Positions 1-9,067 of a DNA stretch of 64,000 bases are shown here, piece by piece. The position numbers and the translations under genes were made by a program. Each line of letters starts with the position of its first letter. Position 1 is the stretch's first letter. Origin of the DNA: an uncultured Verrucomicrobiae bacterium (GTDB lineage: Bacteria > Verrucomicrobiota > Verrucomicrobiia > Chthoniobacterales > Chthoniobacteraceae); assembly GCA_963769025.1 (NCBI GenBank), contig CAVYKI010000009.1:64001-128000 (forward strand). Reading direction: 5' to 3'. A model generated the notes under the pieces. That model was not told the origin of the DNA. It made no database searches and saw nothing but the letters and a program-made list of their open reading frames with translations.

Positions 1-1
1 C

Positions 2-547
2 GACATCTTTGACCCCGTTTCCGGAGCGCAGATCGCCGTGGCCAAGGAGAAGAAGGGGCTGCTGAACTCGCTTGTGGGCATGTTTGTCAATAAGCGCAAT
101 CTGCCGACCCGGATCGATGTGCATGAAGGTGCGGATGAAAGCGGGCCGATCGCGTTCTCGATCACGCGCGGGTTTTCATTTCTGCGGCCGACCGTGAAAG
201 TGCTCGCCGGGGACGGGAGTTTGATCGGCACATTCAAGTCGCGGCTGCTGACGCTCGGCGGGAAGTTCGGCGTGTATGATGCCACGGGCCATGAAGTGGC
301 GATGGTGAAGGGCAACTGGGTGGGCTGGGATTTCCGATTTGTTGTGTCGAACGGGACCGAACTCGGCGTCGTGTCGCGCGAGTGGGGCGGTGTGGCGAAG
401 GAGCTGTTCACTTCTGCGGACAACTACGTCGTCGCGGTGCATCATCCCGATCCTGCGGCGGCGGCGCTGCTGCTTGCGGCGGGACTGGCGATTGACACGA
501 TTTACAAGGAAGACAGTGGCGGGGGCGGGTTGAGCATCGGGGAGTAG
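2..547 (+). CDS. Scramblase / LURP-one (Tubby C-terminal-like) family protein, 5' end truncated by the window
   Basis: Frame is open from base 2 (DIFDPVSGAQIAVAKE...). Repeated beta-strand units (IGTFKSRLLTLGGKFGVYD, VKGNWVGWDFRF), KELFTSADNYVV, and a C-terminal hydrophobic helix LLLAAGLAID are typical of this family. Confidence 0.75.
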   Translation, partial: DIFDPVSGAQIAVAKEKKGLLNSLVGMFVNKRNLPTRIDVHEGADESGPIAFSITRGFSFLRPTVKVLAGDGSLIGTFKSRLLTLGGKFGVYDATGHEVAMVKGNWVGWDFRFVVSNGTELGVVSREWGGVAKELFTSADNYVVAVHHPDPAAAALLLAAGLAIDTIYKEDSGGGGLSIGE

Positions 548-600
548 CCGCTTTTCGGTTTCCACGACGGCGGACGCTCGCGCAGAGTGCGCGCACTTTC

Positions 601-1605
601 ATGCCGAAGAAAAAGACCGACGAGCCCGAGGGACCGAAGCCGATCACGCTGCACACGTGCGCGCTCACATCCGCGAAGGCTGTGAAGCTGCGGGCGCTGC
701 TCGCGGAGCGCGGGTGGAAGTTCGAGGAGCGGCCCTACACGATCTACTTTGCGCAGAAGGATCGCCTGACGGTGGCGGTGTACGAAAAGGGGCCGAAATG
801 TGTGGTGCAGGGGCGGGGGACGCAGGAGTTCGTGCAGTTCACGCTGGAGCCGGAGATTCTCGGCGAGGCGAAGCTGGGCTACGAGGAGGTGCATAATCCC
901 GAGATGTTCACGCCGCACTTTGGCGTGGATGAGAGCGGGAAGGGCGACTTCTTCGGTCCGCTCGTGATCGCGGGCGCATACACGGATGAGACGAACACGC
1001 GCGTGCTGATGGAGGCGGGCATCACGGACAGCAAGCGGATCGGCAGCGACGTGAAGATTCGCGAACTGGCGAAGATCATTCGGGGGACGGAGGGCGTCTT
1101 CGTGTCGAGCATCACGCTCGCGCCGGAAAAGTACAACACGCTCTACAAGAAATTCGGCAACCTGAACCGGATGCTCGGCTGGGGTCACGCGAAGGTGATC
1201 GAGAACCTGCTCGACCTGCGGCCCGACTGCCCGCGTGCGCTGAGCGACAAGTTCGCTGACGCTTCGCTGATCAAGCGGGCCTTTTCCGAGAAGGGAAAAC
1301 ACATCCAGCTCGATGCGCGCACGAAGGCGGAGAGCGATGTGGCCGTGGCTGCGGCGTCCATCATCGCGCGGGAGCGGTTCATCAATTGGATGGGCGAGAC
1401 GAGCCGCGATCTCGGCGTGACTCTGCCGCGTGGATCGTCGGACCCGAAGGTGAAGATCATCGGCCGTGAACTGTGCGCGAAGCACGGGCCGGACGTGCTG
1501 CTGCGCGTCGCGAAAGTCCATTTCAAGACGGCGAACCAGATCGCGCCGGAGAGCTACGAGTACGTCGAAAAGCCGTTTTTCCGCCGAGCGAAAAAGGGCG
1601 CGTGA
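601..1605 (+). CDS. rnhC: Ribonuclease HIII
   Basis: N-terminal TBP-like extension (LTVAVYEKGPKCVVQG) plus RNase H type 2 motifs GVDESGKGDFFGPLV, DSKR, DKF and VAAASIIARERF. Confidence 0.93.
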   Translation: MPKKKTDEPEGPKPITLHTCALTSAKAVKLRALLAERGWKFEERPYTIYFAQKDRLTVAVYEKGPKCVVQGRGTQEFVQFTLEPEILGEAKLGYEEVHNPEMFTPHFGVDESGKGDFFGPLVIAGAYTDETNTRVLMEAGITDSKRIGSDVKIRELAKIIRGTEGVFVSSITLAPEKYNTLYKKFGNLNRMLGWGHAKVIENLLDLRPDCPRALSDKFADASLIKRAFSEKGKHIQLDARTKAESDVAVAAASIIARERFINWMGETSRDLGVTLPRGSSDPKVKIIGRELCAKHGPDVLLRVAKVHFKTANQIAPESYEYVEKPFFRRAKKGA

Positions 1606-1709
1606 CCGGCGGAACTGGGGGATGATTTTACGGTGAGGCGGACTGGCAGAGGCATCCGCGTAGCGCACGTTGCTTGCGTTTGAACATGCGTCGGCTATTT
1701 CGTGCGGCT

Positions 1710-2555
1710 ATGAAACTTCCCGGAATCCTGTGCGTTCTCCTGCTGCTCGCCTGCGCGCGTGCAGATGACGGCAAGCTGCGTGTTTCCTCGTTCTCGACGG
1801 TTCTCACCGAGATCGCCGTGCAGGTGGGCGGCACGAAAGTGGCGGTAACCGGTCACGTAAAGGCGGGCGTGGACCCGCATGATTTCGAGCCGAGGCCGGC
1901 GGACCTGAAGCTCGTCGCGGCGGCGGACCTGATCCTCGTGTCGGCGCGGCATCTCGAAGGCTACGTGGGCAAATTGCGGGAAGCCGCGGGCGGGAAGGCG
2001 GTGCTGCTGGAGGTTGGCAACCAGCTCCCCGGTGCTTCCGGAGATCCGCACTGGTGGCACAGCATCGGGAATCTCAGCCGCGCGACGAAGATCGTTCGCG
2101 ATGAACTGATCCGACAGAGGCCGGATGCGCGCGCGGAGTTTTCCGCGAATGCGGAGAAGTATCTGGCGCAGCTTGATGCCTTGCAGAAGTGGGTGAAGGC
2201 GAAGGTGGCGGAGTTGCCGCGCGACCGGCGCAAGCTGGTGACGAACCACGACTCGTTCGGATATTTTGCGAAGGAATTCGGTTTCGCCGTCTATCCCATC
2301 GCTGGGATCTCATCGAGGGATCAGCCGGCATCGAAGAAGGTCGCGGCGATCATCGCCACGATTCGCGAGCAGGGAGTGAAGGCGATCTTTTCCGAAGCCA
2401 GCGAGAACCCGAAGGTGATTGCGCAGATCACCAGGGAGACCGGCGCGAGGCTCGGCGGGAAGCTTCTCGCCGACGGCCCGGGCGCCGGGCCGATGGCGAC
2501 CACCGAGGCCATGTTCCGGCACAACGTCACGACCATCGTGGATGCACTGAAATAA
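1710..2555 (+). CDS. Zn/Mn ABC transporter substrate-binding protein (ZnuA/TroA/PsaA cluster A-I)
   Basis: Signal-like N-terminus; metal-ligand motifs DPHDFEP, DPHWWH, TNHDSFGYF; VKAIFSE. Start could alternatively be 1686. Confidence 0.92.
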   Translation: MKLPGILCVLLLLACARADDGKLRVSSFSTVLTEIAVQVGGTKVAVTGHVKAGVDPHDFEPRPADLKLVAAADLILVSARHLEGYVGKLREAAGGKAVLLEVGNQLPGASGDPHWWHSIGNLSRATKIVRDELIRQRPDARAEFSANAEKYLAQLDALQKWVKAKVAELPRDRRKLVTNHDSFGYFAKEFGFAVYPIAGISSRDQPASKKVAAIIATIREQGVKAIFSEASENPKVIAQITRETGARLGGKLLADGPGAGPMATTEAMFRHNVTTIVDALK

Positions 2556-2971
2556 TGCGCGGCTCTCCCATACTGCGTGCGGCCCTCGTGTTCGTCGCGT
2601 TGCTGGCGCTCGCGCCGTTGCTGTGGCGGCTCACGCGGGTGGAAGCGCGCACGACGCAGCCCGCGCCCCGGCAGCCTGTGCAGGGCGCGAAGGTGGAAGC
2701 GCGCCTTACATTTTCCACGTCTGCGAAGCGCGCGGTGATCCAACATCTCGGGCGCGAAGTATGGAACAAGGCGGCACCGGGGACCGAGGAGAGTTTCACA
2801 TGCGAGATTCCGTGGCCGCCCGACGGCGTGGAAATGCATGTGCTGATCGAATGGCCCGAGGGCACGCGCGCCGCCGCGATGCGCATGCGCGTCACGGCGC
2901 CCGACGGTACGGAGCACGACCGCAGCGTGTGGGGCGACGCGACGGCGGATGATGTTGTCACCTTCAAATGA
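2555..2971 (+). CDS. Hypothetical membrane-anchored protein within the metal ABC operon
   Basis: ATG overlaps the upstream stop (TAATG) and the stop overlaps the downstream start (ATGA). N-terminal TM helix (AALVFVALLALAPLLW) followed by a beta-rich domain. Confidence 0.75.
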   Translation: MRGSPILRAALVFVALLALAPLLWRLTRVEARTTQPAPRQPVQGAKVEARLTFSTSAKRAVIQHLGREVWNKAAPGTEESFTCEIPWPPDGVEMHVLIEWPEGTRAAAMRMRVTAPDGTEHDRSVWGDATADDVVTFK

Positions 2972-3718
2972 AGCACGATCACGCCCTCAAGATCGCGGAC
3001 CTCACGGTCAGTTACCGGCGGATTCCGGCGCTTCATCACATCGCGTTCGAGGTGCATTGCGGGCAGTGCGTGGGGCTCATCGGGCCGAACGGCGCGGGAA
3101 AGACGACGCTGCTCAAGACGCTTGCGGGGCTTGTGGGCCGGGAGACGGGCACGATCCATTTTCACGGGCGCGAGGTCACGGCCGCGACGCCGGACATCGC
3201 GTACCTGCCGCAGCGCGGGCAGATCGACTGGGACTTTCCGACGACGGTGCGCGGGCTGGTGGAAATGGGACGCTATCTGCGCCTCGGCTGGTGGCGGAGA
3301 TACGGCGCAGCGGATGCTGCGGCGGTGGATGCTGCGGTTTCTGCGATGAGCCTCGAACCGCTTCAGGATCGGCAAATCAGCGCGCTGAGCGGCGGGCAGC
3401 AGCAGCGCGCTTTCCTTGCACGCGCCCTCGCGCAGGAGGCGCACGTATTCCTCCTCGATGAGCCTTTCGCCGGACTCGACAAACCGAACCAGGACAACCT
3501 GCGTGCCACGTTCCGCGGACCTCAGGAAGCAGGGAAAGCTCCTGCTCGTCTCGCATCACGATCTCGCGACAGTGCCGGTGATTTTCGACCAAGTCGTGCT
3601 GCTCAACGGCGAACTCATCGCCGCCGGGCCCGTGGCGGAGGCGTTCACCGAGGCAAACATCCAGAAGGCTTACTCGACGCACGTCTTCGCGGCGGTCGAT
3701 CACGGGCACGCGGTATGA
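2968..3718 (+). CDS. Zn/Mn ABC transporter ATP-binding protein (one apparent frameshift at ~3513)
   Basis: Walker A GPNGAGKTT, LSGGQQQR and LLDEPFAG in one frame; LLVSHHDL...VVLLNGELIAAG in the next frame. Removing one C in TTCCGCG joins them. Confidence 0.9.
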
Positions 3719-3725
3719 AACGGCC

Positions 3726-4631
3726 ATGAATTTCTTCAACGACCTCTGGAGCCACGAGTTCATGCGCCGCGCTCTCGTGGGCGGCGCGCTCATCGGATTC
3801 ACGAACGGGTTTCTCGGTTCGTTCATCATCCTGCGCCGGATGTCGCTCATGGCGGATGCGCTCAGCCATTCGATGCTTCCGGGCCTCGCGATCGGGCTCG
3901 TGCTTTTCGGCCTCCATCCCGGCGGACTTTTCCTCGGCGGGATCGTCGCGGCATTCCTCGTCGCCATGGGGGCGATGCTGCTGGCCCGTGCATCTCGGCT
4001 GAAGGAGGACGCGTCGCTCGCGATCCTCTACACCGTGGCGTTCAGCGTCGGCGTGGTGTTGCTGCAATTCGTCCCGACGAGCGTGGATCTGAAGCATTAC
4101 CTCTTCGGCAACATTCTCGGCCTCGGCGATACGGACCTGTGGATCGCGTATGCGGTGACCCTGGCAGTCGTGCCCGGGCTGGTGCTGCTGCTGCGGCCGC
4201 TCGTGCTGACGCTCTTCGATCCGACAGTCGCCCGCAGCCAAGGCGTGAAAGTGGATGCGCTGCATGTCGTCCTGATCGCGGCGAGCGTGCTGACGATGAT
4301 CAGCAGCGCGCAGTCAATCGGCGTCGTGCTCATGCTCGGACTGCTCGTGACGCCCGCGGCCACGCTCTACCTTCTCACGGATAAGTTCAGCACGATGCTG
4401 TGGGGCGGCGCGTTCCTCGGTTCGGCGGGGTCGGTCCTCGGGTTGTTGATTTCGTATCGCTTTGATCGCGTGCCGAGCGGAGCGGCCATCGTGCTGGTGC
4501 TTGGTGTGTGTTTCCTCATCGCGTGGGCATTCGGCCCGCGTTACGGCCTTCTCGCGCGACTGCGGAAGCGCAGGCACTTCCACGAGGAATCACTCTCCCG
4601 CTGGGACCACGAGCATCACAACCATCAGTAA
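3726..4631 (+). CDS. Zn/Mn ABC transporter permease (ABC-3 family)
   Basis: RRMSLMADALSHSMLPG, DLKHYLFGNILG, FDPTVARSQG, multiple TM helices, His-rich C-terminal tail. Confidence 0.93.
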   Translation: MNFFNDLWSHEFMRRALVGGALIGFTNGFLGSFIILRRMSLMADALSHSMLPGLAIGLVLFGLHPGGLFLGGIVAAFLVAMGAMLLARASRLKEDASLAILYTVAFSVGVVLLQFVPTSVDLKHYLFGNILGLGDTDLWIAYAVTLAVVPGLVLLLRPLVLTLFDPTVARSQGVKVDALHVVLIAASVLTMISSAQSIGVVLMLGLLVTPAATLYLLTDKFSTMLWGGAFLGSAGSVLGLLISYRFDRVPSGAAIVLVLGVCFLIAWAFGPRYGLLARLRKRRHFHEESLSRWDHEHHNHQ

Positions 4632-4661
4632 CGTCTGCCGGCGTGTACGACGCAGTCAACC

Positions 4662-5921
4662 TCACGGTTCGCGCCAGTAACCGGGAAGCGTCCTTTTTGT
4701 TTCGAGGAGGATTTCGAGGATCGCCTTGCGGTCCTCAGGTGTGAGCCGCGCGAATTGTTCGTCGGTATTCTTGCCAGTCAGGATGTCGTGCAGCTTTTGC
4801 AGGATGACCTCCTTGATCGGTGGCGAGATCGCGTCGAACGACGGCGAGTAGATGAGGAAGCTGCATGGATATTTGAACATGCGCGTCTTGAGATCGAAAT
4901 CTCGGAAACTGCGGCCCTTCGAGTCGCGGACGGCCTTTGCGGTGAAGTCCCGGATGAATTCGGGATTGCCCTCGACTGCTTCGGTGAGCGTGGCCTCCTC
5001 GGTAAAGAGCAGGTAGCGGAGGAAGGCATCCACCTGCGAGCGGATGTAGCGGACGTGGCCGTAAGTTGCGAGCATCTGCCGGGCTTCGATGTTCAGCCGC
5101 GCGACGTAATTGTGCATGTGGACCTGATGCTCAAGCACCATGAGCGCGACGATGTCGCTGCCGGTGCCGTAGTATTTCGAGGTGTCGAAAAGCGGAGAGA
5201 GGTCGGTGATGTTACCCTTGAACAGCGGCTCCTTCCGGAACCGTTCGAGGTCCTTTTCGCCGATGAGATTGCCGCGGTGCGGCTGCGCGCCACTTTTGCC
5301 GGTGACGTAGTATCCGCCCCAGCGGTTGCTCAGCGGCGTGCAATGCGTGATGTCGCGGATTTCCTCGAGCGTGATCATCTCGCCCGTTGCATCCGTCACC
5401 ACGCTGCGCACGAAATGCCCAGGCACGCCGAGCGAACGCTGCCCGCCGTGGCAGGAGAGGCAGTCATTGCTGCGGACGAACTTTGGTTTCCGCACCTTCT
5501 CCTGATCGATGAAGTAGAACGTGCCGCCGAGCTTCGGGTCCACGGAGGAGATTTCCATCACCGGCGCACCAGGGATGTAGCCGACGTACACGTCGTCGCT
5601 GAAATAGAGAGCGCGCGGATTTTCCGGCGTGATGTATCGGCGCTGGAGCGAGGTCTTCGACATCACCAGCGACTGGGAGGACTTCTTCGCGCCGAAAGCA
5701 TCGAGGATCGCCGGCAGGTAGCCAAATTTGTCGTCCCAATCCAGTTTCAGCTCACCGCTCGTGATCTTCTGCTGAATCGCTGCGACCGGATCGTTTGGCT
5801 GGGAGGTCGAGTAATTTGTCGGCTCGTGATCGTATTCGAGCGGATGGTCCGCGCCTTGGAAGTCTTCGGCGCGCACGGCGACGAGCAGGAGTGGGAGCAG
5901 GAAGGGGAGTGCGCGTTTCAT
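4662..5921 (-). CDS. Secreted hypothetical protein with a single CxxCH haem c motif
   Basis: Signal peptide MKRALPFLLPLLLVAVRA; CLSCH motif; ~419 aa with strong coding-like codon pattern. Confidence 0.7.
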   Translation of the reverse strand: MKRALPFLLPLLLVAVRAEDFQGADHPLEYDHEPTNYSTSQPNDPVAAIQQKITSGELKLDWDDKFGYLPAILDAFGAKKSSQSLVMSKTSLQRRYITPENPRALYFSDDVYVGYIPGAPVMEISSVDPKLGGTFYFIDQEKVRKPKFVRSNDCLSCHGGQRSLGVPGHFVRSVVTDATGEMITLEEIRDITHCTPLSNRWGGYYVTGKSGAQPHRGNLIGEKDLERFRKEPLFKGNITDLSPLFDTSKYYGTGSDIVALMVLEHQVHMHNYVARLNIEARQMLATYGHVRYIRSQVDAFLRYLLFTEEATLTEAVEGNPEFIRDFTAKAVRDSKGRSFRDFDLKTRMFKYPCSFLIYSPSFDAISPPIKEVILQKLHDILTGKNTDEQFARLTPEDRKAILEILLETKRTLPGYWREP

Positions 5922-5971
5922 GGTTGTGCAGTGTATGAACGTCGCTCGTCCGCTGCATGCGTTGATCTTGG

Positions 5972-7180
5972 TCAAGCCTCAGCCAAACTTGCTGCGGTCG
6001 CGAGTGCGTTGGCGAGGCGTTCGTAATCGTCGGGCGAGTTGTAGGCGTGTGCCGAAATGCGAAGCCAGCGTCGCGCGGGATTTCCCCAGCGGACCACGGG
6101 GACTTCGATGCGGTGCGTTTCGAGCAGCAGCGATTGGAGGGGATCGAAGCGCGAGATGACGGCGCGCGATTCGCCGGGCTCGCGACCCTGCAGCGCTCCG
6201 GGAAGGGGAAGCGTGGTCATCGAACCGAGCATCGTCGCGGGACAGGGACGTTCGACCGCGAGTCGCTCGCAGAGCGCGGAGCCAGCGCTGACTGTGAGTT
6301 GGTGATTGTGGGAAACGAGTTCCGTCCATCCGCCGGGAAACAGGCCTTCGCAGAATCGAAGGGCGGCGGGGACGGCGAGCCATGCCGTGACATCGAGCGT
6401 GCCCTGCCAGTCGAATTCATCGTGGAATCGCGAACGCCCCGGCCGTGGCGTGTTGTAGCCATGGCTGATCGTGGCGGGGTGCAGGGCGGCCTGCCGGTCC
6501 CGGCGCACATGGAGAAATCCGGCGCCCTTCGGGGCGCAGACCCATTTATGCAGGTTGCCGGTGTAGTAGGCGGGCCGGAGCGCACTGAGGCTGAGGGGCA
6601 GCATTCCGGGCGCATGCGCACCATCCACGAAGACATCGACGCCCCGCGTTTCCATTTCACGGATGATTTCCGCAACAGGCAGGACGAGCGCGGTCGGGCT
6701 GGTGACGTGATCGACGAGCACCAGCCGCGTGCGCGGCGTGACCGCCGCGAGGATGGCCTCCACCACCTCGTGCGGCCCGGTGATCGGAAATGGAATCCGG
6801 GCGGTGACGACCGTCGCGCCGGAGCGGCGCGCGCATTCGGCGAGGATGTTGTTGCAGGCGTTGTAGCCGTGGTCGGTCGAGATGAGTTCGTCGCCGGGCT
6901 GCAAGTCGAGCGAGCGCAGCACGGAGTTCACCGCGGTAGTCGCGTTTGTCACAAATGCGAGCTCTTCGGCGTCGGCGTTGAGGAAGCGGGCGAGTTCCGC
7001 GCGTGCCGCGTCGATCCGATCCCCGATTTCACGCCAGAGGAAGCGGACCGGATTGCGCTCCAGTTCTGTCCGTAGGCGTGACTGTTCATCGAGCACGACA
7101 CGCGGGCATGCGCCGAACGAGCCGTGATTGAGGAATGTGAGACCTTCCTCGAGCAGCCAATGGGAGCGGAGAGCATTCAT
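5972..7180 (-). CDS. PLP-dependent aminotransferase class V (isopenicillin N epimerase / cysteine desulfhydrase-like)
   Basis: FLNHGSFGACP, VDHVTSPTA, VDGAHAPG and PLP-lysine motif YTGNLHKWVCAPKG. Confidence 0.9.
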   Translation of the reverse strand: MNALRSHWLLEEGLTFLNHGSFGACPRVVLDEQSRLRTELERNPVRFLWREIGDRIDAARAELARFLNADAEELAFVTNATTAVNSVLRSLDLQPGDELISTDHGYNACNNILAECARRSGATVVTARIPFPITGPHEVVEAILAAVTPRTRLVLVDHVTSPTALVLPVAEIIREMETRGVDVFVDGAHAPGMLPLSLSALRPAYYTGNLHKWVCAPKGAGFLHVRRDRQAALHPATISHGYNTPRPGRSRFHDEFDWQGTLDVTAWLAVPAALRFCEGLFPGGWTELVSHNHQLTVSAGSALCERLAVERPCPATMLGSMTTLPLPGALQGREPGESRAVISRFDPLQSLLLETHRIEVPVVRWGNPARRWLRISAHAYNSPDDYERLANALATAASLAEA

Positions 7181-7242
7181 CGGGAAACGAAAAGAGCGCG
7201 AGCGATTCGCCCGCGCCCTTTGCCTGAATTGGCCGGCGGCGC

Positions 7243-7890
7243 CTAGAGCTTCTTGATGGAGATGTTGCGGAACTCGACCGGGTCATTGTGACCGGCGAAA
7301 CCGAAGTGCCCGCTCTTACGGGTTGCGCCCGGGTGTTTGCTCTTCGCCATCACGGTTTCCATGTCCACTTTGCTCAGGTCGCAATCGAGGATGACGGTGC
7401 CGTTCAGGACCACCTTGATGGTCGAGCCCTTGACGGTGACCTCCTGGGAATTCCATTCGCCGATCGGTTTCTGGAAACCGCGTTTGGCGGCGACCATGCC
7501 GTAGGCGGAGCCGTGGACTTGGCGCGGGTCGAGTTTGCCCTTCACCTTTTCGTAGTTGTCGTCGAGCACCTGAAGCTCGCACATGCCTTCGTAGGCGGTG
7601 TTGCCCTTGCCGGGATAGCGGATGGCGAGGCCGTTGTTGCCGCCGGCCGGGACCTTGAATTCCAGTCGCACCACAAAGTCGCCAAATTCCTCCTTGGTGA
7701 AAATCGTGCCGCCCTTGCCGGACTTGCAGACGATGGCGCCGTCCTTGATTTCGTAGTTTTCCAGCGGGCCGTCCCAGCCGGTGAAGTCCTTGCCGTTAAA
7801 AATAGAGACAAAGCCGTCACTGTCGGCGGCGGTGAGGGAGGAAGTCAGCACAGTAGCCAGCGTGAGGAGAAGGTTGCGGATGATTTTCAT
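7243..7890 (-). CDS. Secreted DUF1080 (3-keto-disaccharide hydrolase-like) protein
   Basis: Signal peptide; GFVSIFNGKDFTGW, GNNGLAIR, ELQVLD, GEWNSQEV, GHFGFAGHNDPVEFRNISIKKL. Confidence 0.9.
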   Translation of the reverse strand: MKIIRNLLLTLATVLTSSLTAADSDGFVSIFNGKDFTGWDGPLENYEIKDGAIVCKSGKGGTIFTKEEFGDFVVRLEFKVPAGGNNGLAIRYPGKGNTAYEGMCELQVLDDNYEKVKGKLDPRQVHGSAYGMVAAKRGFQKPIGEWNSQEVTVKGSTIKVVLNGTVILDCDLSKVDMETVMAKSKHPGATRKSGHFGFAGHNDPVEFRNISIKKL

Positions 7891-7941
7891 GTCGAAAATG
7901 GGAGCGAGGTGAGTGGTGGAGTGGCAGCGACGTATCGCGGA

Positions 7942-8698
7942 CTAGGGAAGTTCCTTGATGAAGATGTTCTTCCAGCGGATCTCGCTGCCGTGCGTCTGGA
8001 GCTGGATCGGGCCGCGAGCGAGAATCGGACCGCGCTTTTCCTTGGGCAGCTTCTTGTCGAAATAGTTTTCGAGGACGGCGTCATCCACGACCTGCTTGTC
8101 GTTCAGCCAGATGCTCACGCGCTCGCCTTTCATCACGATGCGGAAGTGGTTCCATTCGCCGAGCGGCTTGTCCGCGAGCACGAGCGGGTCCTTGCCTGGC
8201 GAGCCCTTCTCGTTGTTCCAGAGTCCGCCGGAACCCTTCGGCTTGCCGAGTTCCACGGCCTTGGCGATCGGTTTCAGTGAAGTCCCAGATCTGCACCTGC
8301 GGCACGCCGCGGAGGTAGATGCCGCTGTCGCCCTTCGGCAGCATCTTGTAATCAACGAGCAGCTCGAAGTTGCCGTAGTTCTTCTCCGTGGTGAGGTAGA
8401 GGCCCTTGCCGTCGTTCACGAGTTCGCCGTTCTCGACCTTCCAGTGTGCGTTGATGTGGTCCGTCGAGGCCTTGCCTTTTGCGTCAGTGCCGCCTTCGAC
8501 GGACTGCTTTTTGTACGCGGCTGCCGCTTCCGGCGTCATCGCGAGCAGGTCCCGCGGGTCGCGTGTGCCCCAGCCGTACCAGCCGGAGATTTGCTTGCCA
8601 TCGAAGAGCGCGGTGAAGCCCGCTGGCGGCACATTGTCGGCGCCAATGGCGAATCCGGAGAGGGCGACGAGGAGGAGCGGGAGGGGTGTTTTTTTCAT
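7942..8698 (-). CDS. Secreted DUF1080 protein (one apparent frameshift at ~8268)
   Basis: GFTALFDGKQISGW, GDSGIYLRG and QVQIWD in one frame; GSGGLWNN, GEWNHFRI and GPIQLQTHGSEIRWKNIFIKEL in the next. Confidence 0.87.
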
Positions 8699-8761
8699 GA
8701 TGGGGTGTGGGAAAGGGGATGCCTTCCTTCAATTCCTGCGCAGCGGGAAAGCTAGGAGAAA

Positions 8762-8992
8762 TCAGGCCTCAGGACCGCTGACATCCGAAATCACGCCGTC
8801 GAGCGCCGCGTTGAATTCGTTGATCCCCGTGTCCGGGATGATCACCACGTTCGTCTTCCCGCCGCACTTCTCCGTGATGCGGAGGAACCGCCCGCGGAAA
8901 TTCTCGCGAATCTCGACGGTCAATTGCTTGCGCTCGATCTGGATTTCGCGCCGCGCGAGCGATTTCTCATCGGTTCGGAAGGAGGGTTGCAT
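8762..8992 (-). CDS. PUR-domain (PurA-like) single-stranded nucleic-acid-binding protein
   Basis: 76 aa; IQIERKQLTVEIRENFRGRFLRITEK...NVVIIPDTGINEFNAALD matches the PUR repeat pattern (four beta strands then a helix). Confidence 0.8.
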   Translation of the reverse strand: MQPSFRTDEKSLARREIQIERKQLTVEIRENFRGRFLRITEKCGGKTNVVIIPDTGINEFNAALDGVISDVSGPEA

Positions 8993-9067
8993 GGGAGATG
9001 CGAGTGAGCAGAACGGTTGTGCTCCCGCAATGCAATCACGGAGCGCGCCTCGGCAGGGTGCGATACG

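Noticed and set aside
3416..3729. Programmed ribosomal frameshifting as an explanation for the split genes
   Set aside because: No slippery heptamers at the junctions, and the uniform single-base excess across unrelated genes fits sequencing error.
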